Source: a virus
Lineage: Duplodnaviria > Heunggongvirae > Uroviricota > Caudoviricetes
DNA length: 64,000 bases
Reading direction: 5' to 3' (one strand)
IMG/VR virus record: IMGVR_UViG_3300042349_000626
The first letter of the stretch is position 1, and each line of letters starts with the position of its first letter. A model generated the notes under the pieces. It was not told the DNA's origin. It made no database searches and worked only from the letters and a program-made list of their open reading frames with translations. Both the position numbers and the translations under genes were made by a program. Shown here piece after piece: positions 11,101 through 20,500 of this stretch.

Positions 11101-14100
11101 AACTTTCACATTAATAAACACAAAAAATAATTCTCCTGTTCTTTTAAACAATGCTCAACAGGCAATTATAACTTTAGATGGTGTTTTACAAGAACCAGGA
11201 AAAGCATATACTATTTCTGGCACTACAATAACTTTTTCTCAACCACCTTTAGGTCAACGAATAGTAGAAGGGCAAGAAGTTAGTGCTCAAAAGTTTTATT
11301 GTAGAGCAATAAAATTCAAAGATAATAGTTTAAACACAAAATATTTCAGAAAAATTAAATCAATATCAAATCAATTTGATGGCACTAAAAAAGAATTTAA
11401 TTTGTATTATGAAGACAATAGTATTGTAAAAACTGACATAAACGAAAATTTAATTGTTACATTAAATGGCGTAATTCAAAATTGCAAATCGTCAGCAGAT
11501 ACACAATTTGGAAATTCATATTATATTTTAAGATCAGAAGATGCTGGTACAACAGATAAAATAGTTTTCTCAAATCCACCAATTGATCAAGAAGATTTAT
11601 ATGATACTGAAATACCAACAGAATTAAAAGGATCCGAAAAATGTTTTATTTACAGCATTGGTAGTTATGAAAGATTTACAATAGAAAATAAATTAATTGA
11701 ATATAGGGCAGGAGGTCCATATTTAATTTTAGATGAAATTGAAAAAAGAGTTAGAAAAATTGATGAACCATTATATGCTTTTGTTATAATTGATGGTGTT
11801 TTACAAAGGGAAGGGGATTCCTATACTATTGTAGGACCAAATATAACATTTAACGAGGCACTCAAAAAATATACCTCAGAATCTGGTGAAATTATATATC
11901 AAAATGTATCAATACTACTAGCATATGGTCGAGATTTAGCAAAAACACTAACATTTTATGATTTTGAGCCAGACACATATTATAATACAATTACATTAAC
12001 TGTAAACGGCAACAATATTTACAATAATTTCTTGGATGTATATAATCCAGTTGTAAATGATAAAATTTTATTATACGAAGGCAGTAACATTTTAGGTTAC
12101 ATAAAAAATATCAACAAAATATCTTCTAATCAAATTGAAGTAATTTTAATAAATCATAACTTATCAAGTTCTATTGATTTGTTGGATCCAGAATTAAAGA
12201 TTATCAACTTAGATCAATTTGAAGAAACAATTATTTTAGTTGAGCAACTTGATACTGCTAGCTATGATTATAATATTTCTTGGGCAGAAGATAATAGTGG
12301 ATGGGTTATTACAGATACAGAAACATTAATAGAAAAACCAGTAAATTCCTCTCTAACTTTAAGGCAAGGAAATACAGTTACATTTAATGTAAATTCTCAG
12401 GGAAGACCATTTTATATTTTAGATACATTAGAACCTCAAAATATTGGTATTACCTCGTATACTTTAAATTACGACGGAACTGGATTTATTAATCCCAGCA
12501 GACCAGGGGAAATAAACGCATCATTAACAATAGAATCTTTTTATACTTTAAATTTAAATATAGATTCTTTGGGATATCCTGTAGTTATTGTAAAAGAAGA
12601 TGAATTTGGTACTAGAACTCCAGTAACAGAAAATATTACCAATAATCAAACCGATGATGGTACTATTAGCTGGGTAGTTGGAGATGATGTTAATTCAATA
12701 TATTACTATCAATTAGTAGGATCTCCCTCCGTTTCTGGACGAATTTTTATTCTTCCATATAATGGTACATATTATAATCAAAACAACGAAGTTGAAGCTG
12801 TCCAAAATAATGGCGCTTTCAACAATACATCAACTTGGATATTATCTGGTTCTACCACTACACAAAAATATTATTATGTTGATGTATTTGGACCTTATTA
12901 TGGGGAAATTAATGTTTTATCAAGTGATCCAATATTTGTTCCTCAAGTTACTACAATTAATAAAGAATATTTGATACCTAATGTTGATAATATTTCATAT
13001 GAATACTATACTGATTCAGAAGGAACTAGATTATTACAGAAAAATCTTCCTTCGTGGTTATTTGATACTAAGTTAGGTGATGACGCTTGGTTAGAAAATA
13101 ATTTTATTCTCTCTAATTTACTCGTTGGAGACAAAATTCAGATAGATGGAGAGTTTGATTATAGGGAAATATTATATTTACCGAATTCTGCTAATACACG
13201 AAATTATAATCCAGGAGAATATATCTCCAACGAAATATATTCAAAAGTAAAAGCAACAAATTATGAAGGTTTAACTAGAGGCGAAGGGTTAAGTTTAACT
13301 GCTAATGTAGATTTTGAATCTGGATCAATAAGTTCATTGAATGTTTCTGACATTGAATTCAACAAAAGAGATTTACAACTTTATTTTGATACTGGTATAT
13401 TACTTCAGCCAACAGCATATCAATATTATACCACACCCAAAGTATATTTTATTCCAGTAGATGGTAATGGTGGGGGAGCGAAAGCAGAAGTTGTTGCTTA
13501 TGGTGGCCAAATACTTGACATTGTTTTAGTTGATGGTGGTTCTGGTTATACTCAGCCACCAAAAGTGGTTGTGGCTAGAGGATACAACAGAATAAAGAAA
13601 ACTAATAGAAAAATTGATAGTGTTTCATATTTAACTTTAACACCAGAAGATATTAAAGTTGATCGTTTAATTATTTCTTCTAGTGTTTCTATTACTGGTA
13701 GCCTTGAACCCACACTTCCAACCGAAGTTTCTGTAATTACATTAGGTGGTTTTGGAAATATTGAATTAAACAGAGATATAACTCAAATAATTCTTCCAAT
13801 ACCAAAAATATTATCAACATCACAGAAAAAATTTGATTCTGAAGTTACGTTACAATCCCCTCCAGCAATTATTGAATACGAATTTAATAAATTCTATAAT
13901 CAAATTATTTCTATACTTGATGCTAAAGCAGATATTATTTCTTCTTCGACAATTTCTTCTACTGACAGAGAAATTACTAGAAAAATTGATAAAATTCTCA
14001 ATAATGCTATTATTGAAATACCATCAGAAGCAGTAAATGATATTGGAGCTTTCTTAGACGCTCCAATGACGGAAACTGATACTATTGTATACATTCCAGA

Positions 14101-15631
14101 TACAAGAAGATTCCCTGATGCTAGCAGATTACTTATTGGTAAAGAAATTGTAAGGTATGCTAAAAAACTACCCGACCGTTTTCTTAACGTAGAAAGAGGT
14201 GCTGCTGGAACAACAGCAATAACTCACTCAGCTGGTGATTATTTAAGACATCTACCAGAATTTATTGCTATTATTCCTGTTGGACCAACTACGATATTTA
14301 CTACCGAAGTAACATCGACTATAATTACTCAACCAACATCAATTATTCAATCAATATCTAGTATAATTGATTGTAATAGTGTACAGAATGTATCAGAACA
14401 ATTAGATGGCCAATATCAAATTGAACTTGATAATACAAATATTGATTCATCAAAAGAAATTATTATTATACCACCAACTTCATTCAATATTGTTACAAAC
14501 ATTTATTCCACTCAATCTTATGTTTCTACAGCACAAGAAGCAGCTGGAGTTTCTGGCGTAACTGTAATAGCAGATGCTAGAATGATTGACGAAGCAAATC
14601 GTCAAATAACTACGACAGCATCTATTAATTTAAATCTTGATATTGTATCATCTTCACAAATAGTAACAGAAGTAGATTATTCGTTTAGTTCTGTATCTTC
14701 TGTAGTTACATCTTCAATCATAACATTAGACAAAAATATTATTGCTTTTGTCGATATAAATCTCGACGTTTCAAATATTGTAGAATCTTCTAATATAACA
14801 TTACTTACAGCAAATACGTTATCTGCTGTAAGTTTAATATCCACTTTATATTCAGAAAATACTACTTCTGAAGTAAAATTAGATATACAATTAATTAGAG
14901 ATAATACTAATGTACAAACATCATGTAGTATAGTAAGTCAACTAGATGTTCCCTTAACTGTATATACTTTATCTAATGTATTAACATCTAAGTTAGCAAA
15001 AAATGCTGACGTAACTAGATTCTATAAAACAGGATCTTTAGATTATTTTGAAGAATTTGTAGTACTAGTAAATCCAATATTCACTAGAAATGGCACAGTT
15101 ACTTTAAATTCTCTAATAAACGAAGTATATACTAGAGATAATGAAATAATTTTGGTTTCTAACAAATCAGTTTACAAAGAAGAATTCTACGATTCTTACA
15201 ATTTAGGAAATGCTGGGTTTAATTTAAAAACATTCGAAAATTCTGCTTTTGTAGACACTGGATTATTAGCAACAACAAATACTATTGGAGATTTAACATT
15301 AGCATATCCTTCATTAACAATCAAAGATTTTGAAGATCGCCCATATTCATCGATCACATTGACTGGAGAAATATTTAATTTTGCTCCACCATCTGTTCAA
15401 AATCCCGTGGTATATTCTACTAGTTCCAATTTATCAGCGTCTTCTACATTGACTGTTGTTGGTAATATTTCTAAATTCCCAACATCAGGATATATTTTCC
15501 AAGGATCATCATCACAATATTCTGTAATTAGTTATACTGGTAAAACTTCGAATTCATTCACTGGTTGTGTGTTGATAGCAGGATCTTCAACAATAAATTC
15601 TGGAAATGATATCATTCCATACACCATTTAA
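5195..15631 (+). CDS. gp7: large baseplate wedge initiator (cyanophage gp7-like), 3478 aa
   Basis: N-terminal ISTLIESQLPGFI, FYRSKGT, HSPIIGYAYDGNPIYGPYGY, GRFCVTPDYPNG.YAYF and DSYFYQDYSYVIKS..HPAG motifs. Lies between gp6 and gp8. Confidence 0.85.
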   Translation: MSTRTKKISTLIESQLPGFISSEYENFSKFVEKYYEQLEIVGQPLDILSNLTKYRDINFYEKNLLNQKTTLVQSILNNSTTITVEDASSFPEENGYIKIGDEICFYKERTNTQFLEVSRGVSGNNTLGDLYTSSEFVTTQAAPHYAGDDVLNISNLFLYAFVKNFESEYLGAFPEKYLKGDVDKRTLIKNISNFYRSKGTDRSIKFIFNSIISKDSTEEVSVYNPKDFTIKSSTSDWINKYALKVKVISGDVNNLIGNVITQSLDEFDKTISFASAVVDSISYVGQVDGEDIYELVLEPSTVNGNFKVAGKSTLRTNISPSNSTNFRVDVFSTQGFPKQGKLQIGSEIFKYTDKNLNQFVIDERSAQQLHSAGKNVYSFSTTTGSGVSLITLGILYNLLPKEGKPYSETGDFIQVENLGFETRDPVVYNQSTDATRWFINTDFTKVNSVVPGVNSQVGNLNSDVSAIYEDDQYFYVCSSSFPNASDLLTIEVTEPLADQKHLKLIRKQPITTTEVYQTSNRDVGILIDGTPVFGYKDFDFVKYGNIVSTKIENKGNGYNAPPFVLINEEPNKALASLAGQTVGSVDLISSDVYEEDPVIRITSGENAKLSAIVTDGRITSIKVDNPGRYYSSPPTIRIIDELGKGNFAEYEAILSTEGTIESCKRISGGRFYTRGYVSIFVEPVGKGAQATASIRKWVKNRYNKLQNLLDTNNSYVFENFDTSKKYGYGVVANPVVLRKRINDNINALYQQTSPLSHSPIIGYAYDGNPIYGPYGYSNPVNNTSQIARLSSGYVLKNSRPNGPSVEEYSLGTFIDDYVWTPSVQSGKLELDQNNGRFCVTPDYPNGVYAYFLTIDSNNTPVFPYVLGNNFYSLPVDSNYNSEISQDDIPLNVKRLKTADFEQNGAEFYGFIKDVKSGNVSKATVYDSLENFSVNSFVSINNFLSDGDGAEAIVSSVKGKNVVSLESEETKAIQIKTKEIAYLFEGDIITQLQDDGNEAGGVLIGDVFNDNNFVLRNVSGNFNLTDPISSSTQVLTLILDKNSTFTKGSTITLTDGKGKNNSDLAVGEILEGIIRQNSVKIKVISGEFIIDNNYFLKSSNLGDTSRSKIISKLSLSENLNIFEITNNVAILKTNQNHGVAIGDKINVDILPDDTLTETTYYVRKRLYQKAILNPISHSSRIVDTGIGSADVLNSGADYAFATNYQNIELIFQDSSKSRDGLGLPGNPNNAKATIQVSNIDALGYGPVSSVTITDKGSGYLPGDVLTVADEDLGRLTNSGNEQRLYIVVDHVGFAANNSVIKLSNVSNLSVDDLLSLGEELVKITSVDVQSKTVTVQRGQKGTKVTNHFNGLSVSLFEGNYRFDENYRPFGSEINKPYIISYNNENKEIFISYDYGTNTPIKISRSSSFFDSSTPAKLVTIRSNEEPQFKLEFSKNNETNLITNPIVQIQKYYKYKFDVSHFSMLNTYLDFSASSNYNIFTEEKFVSTVSPGNAGSYLTVKLGFGPNIANNNFTERKPINFNNYFYFIKVSPDVNTEDSFLKIIDDPLSGEKNVTYVTDRQIVYNLSNTPEYDGTGQITYTTNSSFAIGKIDSIKISNTGKNYKKLPFVTGVLPSQEYECIVEPIYNTIDKTVNGFNITNPGKNYSKPKAVVINSDDTSYNFECIQEGGKITSILILNGGKFDQKPSVKIVESDVTIHFESENIGVPQNVSIVNNGYYFNNDKTSLAKYKSPTTFVLTNAGDYDFYPGETITQPSTGAKAKVSKNGWRIGGNLLKVENITGVFKNNASIVGKDASRTGTLIAQISTEFNPDVRSYYDNQGFYSSDKGKIGSSSQKLLDSYFYQDYSYVIKSKTPIEIWKDLIKETTHPAGFQLFGEVLIETDGSITMPSIQKTVETLSTINVAPIDITIIETRKYITNTIINFESLLVEKGLGAVSVDTFDSSETLAFDIELATEFNGDYDPNTGKVVGQTTFTLINTKNNSPVLLNNAQQAIITLDGVLQEPGKAYTISGTTITFSQPPLGQRIVEGQEVSAQKFYCRAIKFKDNSLNTKYFRKIKSISNQFDGTKKEFNLYYEDNSIVKTDINENLIVTLNGVIQNCKSSADTQFGNSYYILRSEDAGTTDKIVFSNPPIDQEDLYDTEIPTELKGSEKCFIYSIGSYERFTIENKLIEYRAGGPYLILDEIEKRVRKIDEPLYAFVIIDGVLQREGDSYTIVGPNITFNEALKKYTSESGEIIYQNVSILLAYGRDLAKTLTFYDFEPDTYYNTITLTVNGNNIYNNFLDVYNPVVNDKILLYEGSNILGYIKNINKISSNQIEVILINHNLSSSIDLLDPELKIINLDQFEETIILVEQLDTASYDYNISWAEDNSGWVITDTETLIEKPVNSSLTLRQGNTVTFNVNSQGRPFYILDTLEPQNIGITSYTLNYDGTGFINPSRPGEINASLTIESFYTLNLNIDSLGYPVVIVKEDEFGTRTPVTENITNNQTDDGTISWVVGDDVNSIYYYQLVGSPSVSGRIFILPYNGTYYNQNNEVEAVQNNGAFNNTSTWILSGSTTTQKYYYVDVFGPYYGEINVLSSDPIFVPQVTTINKEYLIPNVDNISYEYYTDSEGTRLLQKNLPSWLFDTKLGDDAWLENNFILSNLLVGDKIQIDGEFDYREILYLPNSANTRNYNPGEYISNEIYSKVKATNYEGLTRGEGLSLTANVDFESGSISSLNVSDIEFNKRDLQLYFDTGILLQPTAYQYYTTPKVYFIPVDGNGGGAKAEVVAYGGQILDIVLVDGGSGYTQPPKVVVARGYNRIKKTNRKIDSVSYLTLTPEDIKVDRLIISSSVSITGSLEPTLPTEVSVITLGGFGNIELNRDITQIILPIPKILSTSQKKFDSEVTLQSPPAIIEYEFNKFYNQIISILDAKADIISSSTISSTDREITRKIDKILNNAIIEIPSEAVNDIGAFLDAPMTETDTIVYIPDTRRFPDASRLLIGKEIVRYAKKLPDRFLNVERGAAGTTAITHSAGDYLRHLPEFIAIIPVGPTTIFTTEVTSTIITQPTSIIQSISSIIDCNSVQNVSEQLDGQYQIELDNTNIDSSKEIIIIPPTSFNIVTNIYSTQSYVSTAQEAAGVSGVTVIADARMIDEANRQITTTASINLNLDIVSSSQIVTEVDYSFSSVSSVVTSSIITLDKNIIAFVDINLDVSNIVESSNITLLTANTLSAVSLISTLYSENTTSEVKLDIQLIRDNTNVQTSCSIVSQLDVPLTVYTLSNVLTSKLAKNADVTRFYKTGSLDYFEEFVVLVNPIFTRNGTVTLNSLINEVYTRDNEIILVSNKSVYKEEFYDSYNLGNAGFNLKTFENSAFVDTGLLATTNTIGDLTLAYPSLTIKDFEDRPYSSITLTGEIFNFAPPSVQNPVVYSTSSNLSASSTLTVVGNISKFPTSGYIFQGSSSQYSVISYTGKTSNSFTGCVLIAGSSTINSGNDIIPYTI

Positions 15632-15645
15632 TATAAATATAAATA
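15632..15645 (+). promoter_or_regulatory. two overlapping late promoter motifs
   Basis: TATAAATA at 15632-15639 and 15638-15645, upstream of gp8. Confidence 0.7.
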
Positions 15646-15679
15646 CAACAGACAAACATTTTAATAGAGAGATTTTTCA

Positions 15680-17509
15680 ATGGCTGCTATTATTTCAGAT
15701 AAGTTTAGAATTTTTAATGCTAAACAATTTCTAGAATCTCTTTCGGAAGGTAGCACAGATACTAGCGCCGAAAGAACTAGAATGTATTTTTTTGTAGGTC
15801 GTCCTCAGCGTTGGGATGCCTATATTGAAATTTTCAACAAAAACGCCACTGCTTTTGTAGCTGGCGATGAAGTTTATGTTGGTGCTAGTTACGGAGCTGC
15901 TACTTTTAAGGCAGTCGTAAGAGAAGTTTACGAAAATAGTTTACTTCTGTATAGTGTTGGTCCAACAACATCATCTGCTCCTACAGTTGGTTCAACTATT
16001 AAAGGATGGAACGGAACTGCTGATACTGGTGCTCAAGCGTTAACGGGCGTTTATCGTTATGCTACCGAAGATGTTCCCCCAGTTCCTCTAGATAACCAAA
16101 AAGAAAAATTTGATATCTATGATGATATTATTGCTGCTAAAAGAATTACATCTGATTTTGCCAGAACTGTAGTTAGACGTTATAATTGGGATTTAGTAGC
16201 TAATCCTAAATTTGATATGTGGAAGCCCGATTATTCATCTACTCCAGGTAGTGGTGGATTGATCGGCAAGCCTTCAGCTACTGGAGCTACTTCAATTTCT
16301 GATGCTAAATTTTATGTAATTAACTCTAATTACGAAGTATTTAAGTGTCTCTATAACGGCGAAAACCCAGCCAACCCAACTGGCAGAAATGCCACCAACG
16401 AACCAAAAACAACTCCTTCTGCTGGTCAGGGTACATATAGCGGTGGATTGTTTACAGAAGAATCAGGAACTGCTGGTTATGTATGGAAGTACATGTTCAC
16501 AATTCCTACTGATGACGTACTTCGTTTTCTTTCCACAGACTTCATGCCAATTGTTTCGGCAACAGAACCTTCTAGGGTTGCTGTAGAAGCAAGTGCCGTG
16601 AGCGGTGCTGTTCAAGCAGTTCTCGTCGAAAACGTAGGTGCTAACCTACCAAACGGAACTCACTATGCTCCTATCATTGGTGATGGCACAGGCGGTAAAG
16701 TAACTATCGTAGTTAGCGGCGGAGCAATAACTGATGTTAGCGTTAATGCTATTGGTTCTGGTTATACTTATGCTTCAGTTCCTCTAAAAACTGGCACTGG
16801 TTCAGGAGCAACTGCTTATGGCTTATTCAGCAATGTTGGTCTAACAACTCCAGTGACTGTTGGAGGTACTGCTACAGGCGCTCTAGAGCCCATCATTTCT
16901 CCTCAGGGTGGTCACGGTTCCAACATGGAAATGGAATTGAATGGTAAGCGTGTTATGACAAACATTCGCTTAACCTACGCTGAAGGTTCAGGTGATTTCC
17001 CTGTAGATAACGATTTTAGAAGAATCGGTATTATTAAAGATCCTTATGCTTACGGCACAACCACATTTGCTACAACTTCAACCTTGAGTGGTCTTTATGC
17101 TCTAAAAATTACTGGAGCTACAGCAGGTTTCCAAGCAGACGAAGTAATTTCACAAACTGTAACCGGAGGAACTGCTCGTGGTACTGTAGTATCTTGGACA
17201 TTAGATTCTGGTAGCACCACTTCTGGTGTTCTTAAGTACGTTCAATCGCCAGATTTACACACAGACAATGGCAAAGTAAGAGCTTTTGCTTCTAACGGTG
17301 CTAATGCTGTTACAGGAGCTTCTTCACTTGCTGCTGGTAATGTAGATACGGCAAGTAATGCTACTACTAATGGAGTAACATTTGCTGCTGGTTTAGCTAC
17401 ACCTGAAATTGAAAATAATTCTGGAGACCTCATCTATATTGAAAACAGAAGATTGATCACCAGAGCACCTGACCAAATTGAAGATATCAAACTCGTAATT
17501 GAGTTCTGA
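15680..17509 (+). CDS. gp8: baseplate wedge subunit gp8
   Basis: MAAIISDKFRIFNA, YEVFKCLYN, GYVWKYMFTI, DFRRIGII.DP and QIEDIKLVIEF motifs. Confidence 0.92.
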   Translation: MAAIISDKFRIFNAKQFLESLSEGSTDTSAERTRMYFFVGRPQRWDAYIEIFNKNATAFVAGDEVYVGASYGAATFKAVVREVYENSLLLYSVGPTTSSAPTVGSTIKGWNGTADTGAQALTGVYRYATEDVPPVPLDNQKEKFDIYDDIIAAKRITSDFARTVVRRYNWDLVANPKFDMWKPDYSSTPGSGGLIGKPSATGATSISDAKFYVINSNYEVFKCLYNGENPANPTGRNATNEPKTTPSAGQGTYSGGLFTEESGTAGYVWKYMFTIPTDDVLRFLSTDFMPIVSATEPSRVAVEASAVSGAVQAVLVENVGANLPNGTHYAPIIGDGTGGKVTIVVSGGAITDVSVNAIGSGYTYASVPLKTGTGSGATAYGLFSNVGLTTPVTVGGTATGALEPIISPQGGHGSNMEMELNGKRVMTNIRLTYAEGSGDFPVDNDFRRIGIIKDPYAYGTTTFATTSTLSGLYALKITGATAGFQADEVISQTVTGGTARGTVVSWTLDSGSTTSGVLKYVQSPDLHTDNGKVRAFASNGANAVTGASSLAAGNVDTASNATTNGVTFAAGLATPEIENNSGDLIYIENRRLITRAPDQIEDIKLVIEF

Positions 17510-17525
17510 TTTAACTTTTACTCTT

Positions 17526-17552
17526 CTAAATAATACTACGAGATAGTAGTAT
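17526..17552 (+). promoter_or_regulatory. late promoter motif followed by a hairpin
   Basis: CTAAATA at 17526-17532, then ATACTAC-GAGATA-GTAGTAT at 17533-17552. Confidence 0.6.
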
Positions 17553-17566
17553 AATGTCGGGGTAAA

Positions 17567-20500
17567 ATGCCACAGAAGACAAATCTTAATGTAGCTCCAT
17601 ATTATGATGATTTTGATTCTTCAAAGAACTTCTATAAAGTTCTTTTTAGACCTGGATATTCCGTTCAAACGAGGGAGTTAACCTCCCTCCAATCAATTCT
17701 CCAAAATCAAATCGAGAGTTACGGAAAATTCCAATTTAAGCAAGGAGAACTTGTTATACCTGGAGAAGTCGGGTTAAATAACAAGTTAAACTATGTTAAA
17801 TTGTCTTCTGTTTCTGAAGTTGCCGTAAATGTTGACGGCAATATTGTATATCAAAAATATGATATCAAGAAGCTAGTTGGGTCTCAATTAAGAGGCATAA
17901 ATTCTGGAGTTATTGCTTCGGTAATATCTTCAGAATATGGTTCTGAAATAGAATCAGATACAATTTTTGTAAATTATTTGACAAGCGGAGACGCCAACAA
18001 CGAAAATACCTTTAGACAAGGCGAAACATTAGAAGTTGTTGGTGGAGTAAATACACCTTTACTAGTTGTAGGAACCGATGGCAGCGTTCTTCCAACTAGT
18101 ATTTTTGTAACTAATCCTATCACAGAAGAAACTACTAGTCTACAAAGCCCAGCAATGGGTTATGCTTCTGCTGCAGAAGTAAATGAAGGTGTTTATTTTA
18201 TTAATGGTTATTTTGTACAAAATCAAACACAGATTTTAATTATTGATAAGTACTACGATAAGCCATCAGCAAAAGTTGGTTTTGTTATTCAGGAATCGAT
18301 TGTTACTCCAGAAGAAGATGCTTCTTTATATGATAACTCTAGAGGATATTCTAATTTTTCTTCTCCTGGAGCCCATCGATTAAAGATTTCTTTAGAGTTG
18401 AAGAAATTTGATTATTTGGCACAGACAGATAAAAATTTTATACAATTATTACAGATTAATTCTGGCGTAATCGAGAGACAAATAAAGCCAGCCGATTATA
18501 CTTTATTAGAAGAAACTCTCGCCAGAAGAACATACGATGAATCAGGTGATTATGTCGTAGACAATTTTTCATTCGATGTAAGAGAATATTATCAAAACAA
18601 TAATAATGGCATTTACAAATTAGATTCAGCTACTAATAAAGTAAATGGATTATCTCTTTCCGAGGCATCTTCAAAATTAGTTTTGGGTGTTGGGCCAGGA
18701 AAGGCATATGTAAAAGGATTTGAGATAGTAAATAAAGAAACCAAATCTATTACAGTTAATAAAGCTAGAGATACTTTAGTAAAAGATAACGTAACTATCA
18801 AAACTAAAGGATTATCACAATTTAAGATTACTAATCTATATGGTTCAGTTCCACTAAACACAATTGGAGATGAAATTACATCAACACCAAACATTTATTT
18901 GAATAGTGTTTTTAATGATGGCACAATTGGATTAAACAACGAAGAATCTTCAATTTATTTTAAACAAACAAAAAATAGAAGATCTGTTCCATTTACTTTG
19001 AGTGATGGCATTAGAACAATATATGTTCAAGTAACTGGAGAGCTTCCTTCCCTAGAAACAGATTTTCCATCTAAGTTGTGGTTTATTAAAACTAGAAGTG
19101 GTGGATTAGCGTCAACTGTAGATTATGCTGATGTAATCGGTCATTCTGTAGTTAGAAGACCAGAAGTTTCAGAATCTAGTGGACAATTTTACATCGAGTT
19201 CACTGTAGTTGGTAAAAAATCATTACTAGATTCATATCTTTTAGAATATGATGAAGGCAGTCCTTCCAAAAAAAGATTTTTATACTTGTCTGAATCTCTA
19301 GCTCTATCAAATTCTAGTGAATCTATCTATGGCATAGTTGTAGATTATAATGAAACCATAACTCCAATCATTGGTATTGCTAAACCCAAAGATTTTTCTT
19401 TAGTTAAAAGGGCTTCTGGATTTAATGAAGATACTGATATTGTAATTTCAAAAGGAAGAACTGGTAATAATACTAGACCTTATGATGCTACATTCAATTT
19501 CTCTTATTTCAATCCAGTATTTTTTACTAGAATTAAATTGGATAGTTTAGTTGATGCTGGTTTTACTACGGGCAAATATATCATTGGAAGAACTAGTAGA
19601 GCTTATGGTGTAATCGAATCAGATACTACAGGTAATTACACTTTCGGCAATACTTTATTTGTTTCTACATTATCAGGAACTTTCTTATCAGGAGAAACAA
19701 TTCTTGATGAAGATGGCAATTCAGTTAAAATTGCTAAAGATAATACAATCTCTCATTTTATTGTTACCAACGGCGGCAATTCTTATCCATCTACATCAAA
19801 AATTGTTATTAATGGCCAAGAAATAGATCAGTCAAAAGTTTCTGTAAGTCAGTATGGAGGAACAATTTATTCGGCAAAAATTATTAGTCGAGATGGAATT
19901 TCTTCGACATATTCTTCGCCACCAATTGTCACTGTAACGCCAGCTCCTTCACTATCAACTAATGCTGCTACTATTGTTCCTGTATTAAATAAAAATTCTG
20001 TTCTAACTTATACTCCACAAAATATTAAATCATTTTCTTCTACATACAACAATCATAAATTTACTGCTGATGTAGATGTCACTAATACTCAGTATTCTAC
20101 TTACACACAAATAAGTGATTTTTCTTTCTTCGGTTATAAAGGAAGAAAATATATTGAGTGTAATGGATTTGGAGCTAATTTATCAAAAGATTTAGTTCAA
20201 GGAGATTTGATTCAATTTACAGATATTAACAATAATGTTATTCGTAATATTGTTCAATCAGTAACCGATCCAGAAGGAATTACTAAATCAAGAATTTATT
20301 TTGATTATGCTCTCCCTGAAGATATTACTAATGCTACTATTATTAGACTTAGACCAAATATTGAAAATACTAATAGTTCAACTTTAGTATTCCCAACTGG
20401 GTCGAAGCAAGTTGGATCTTTAATCAAGGATACCAGTGACACCAAATTTAAATATTATGTTAGAAAAGATTTCATTACCGATCTTTCATCTAGTGGTGGA

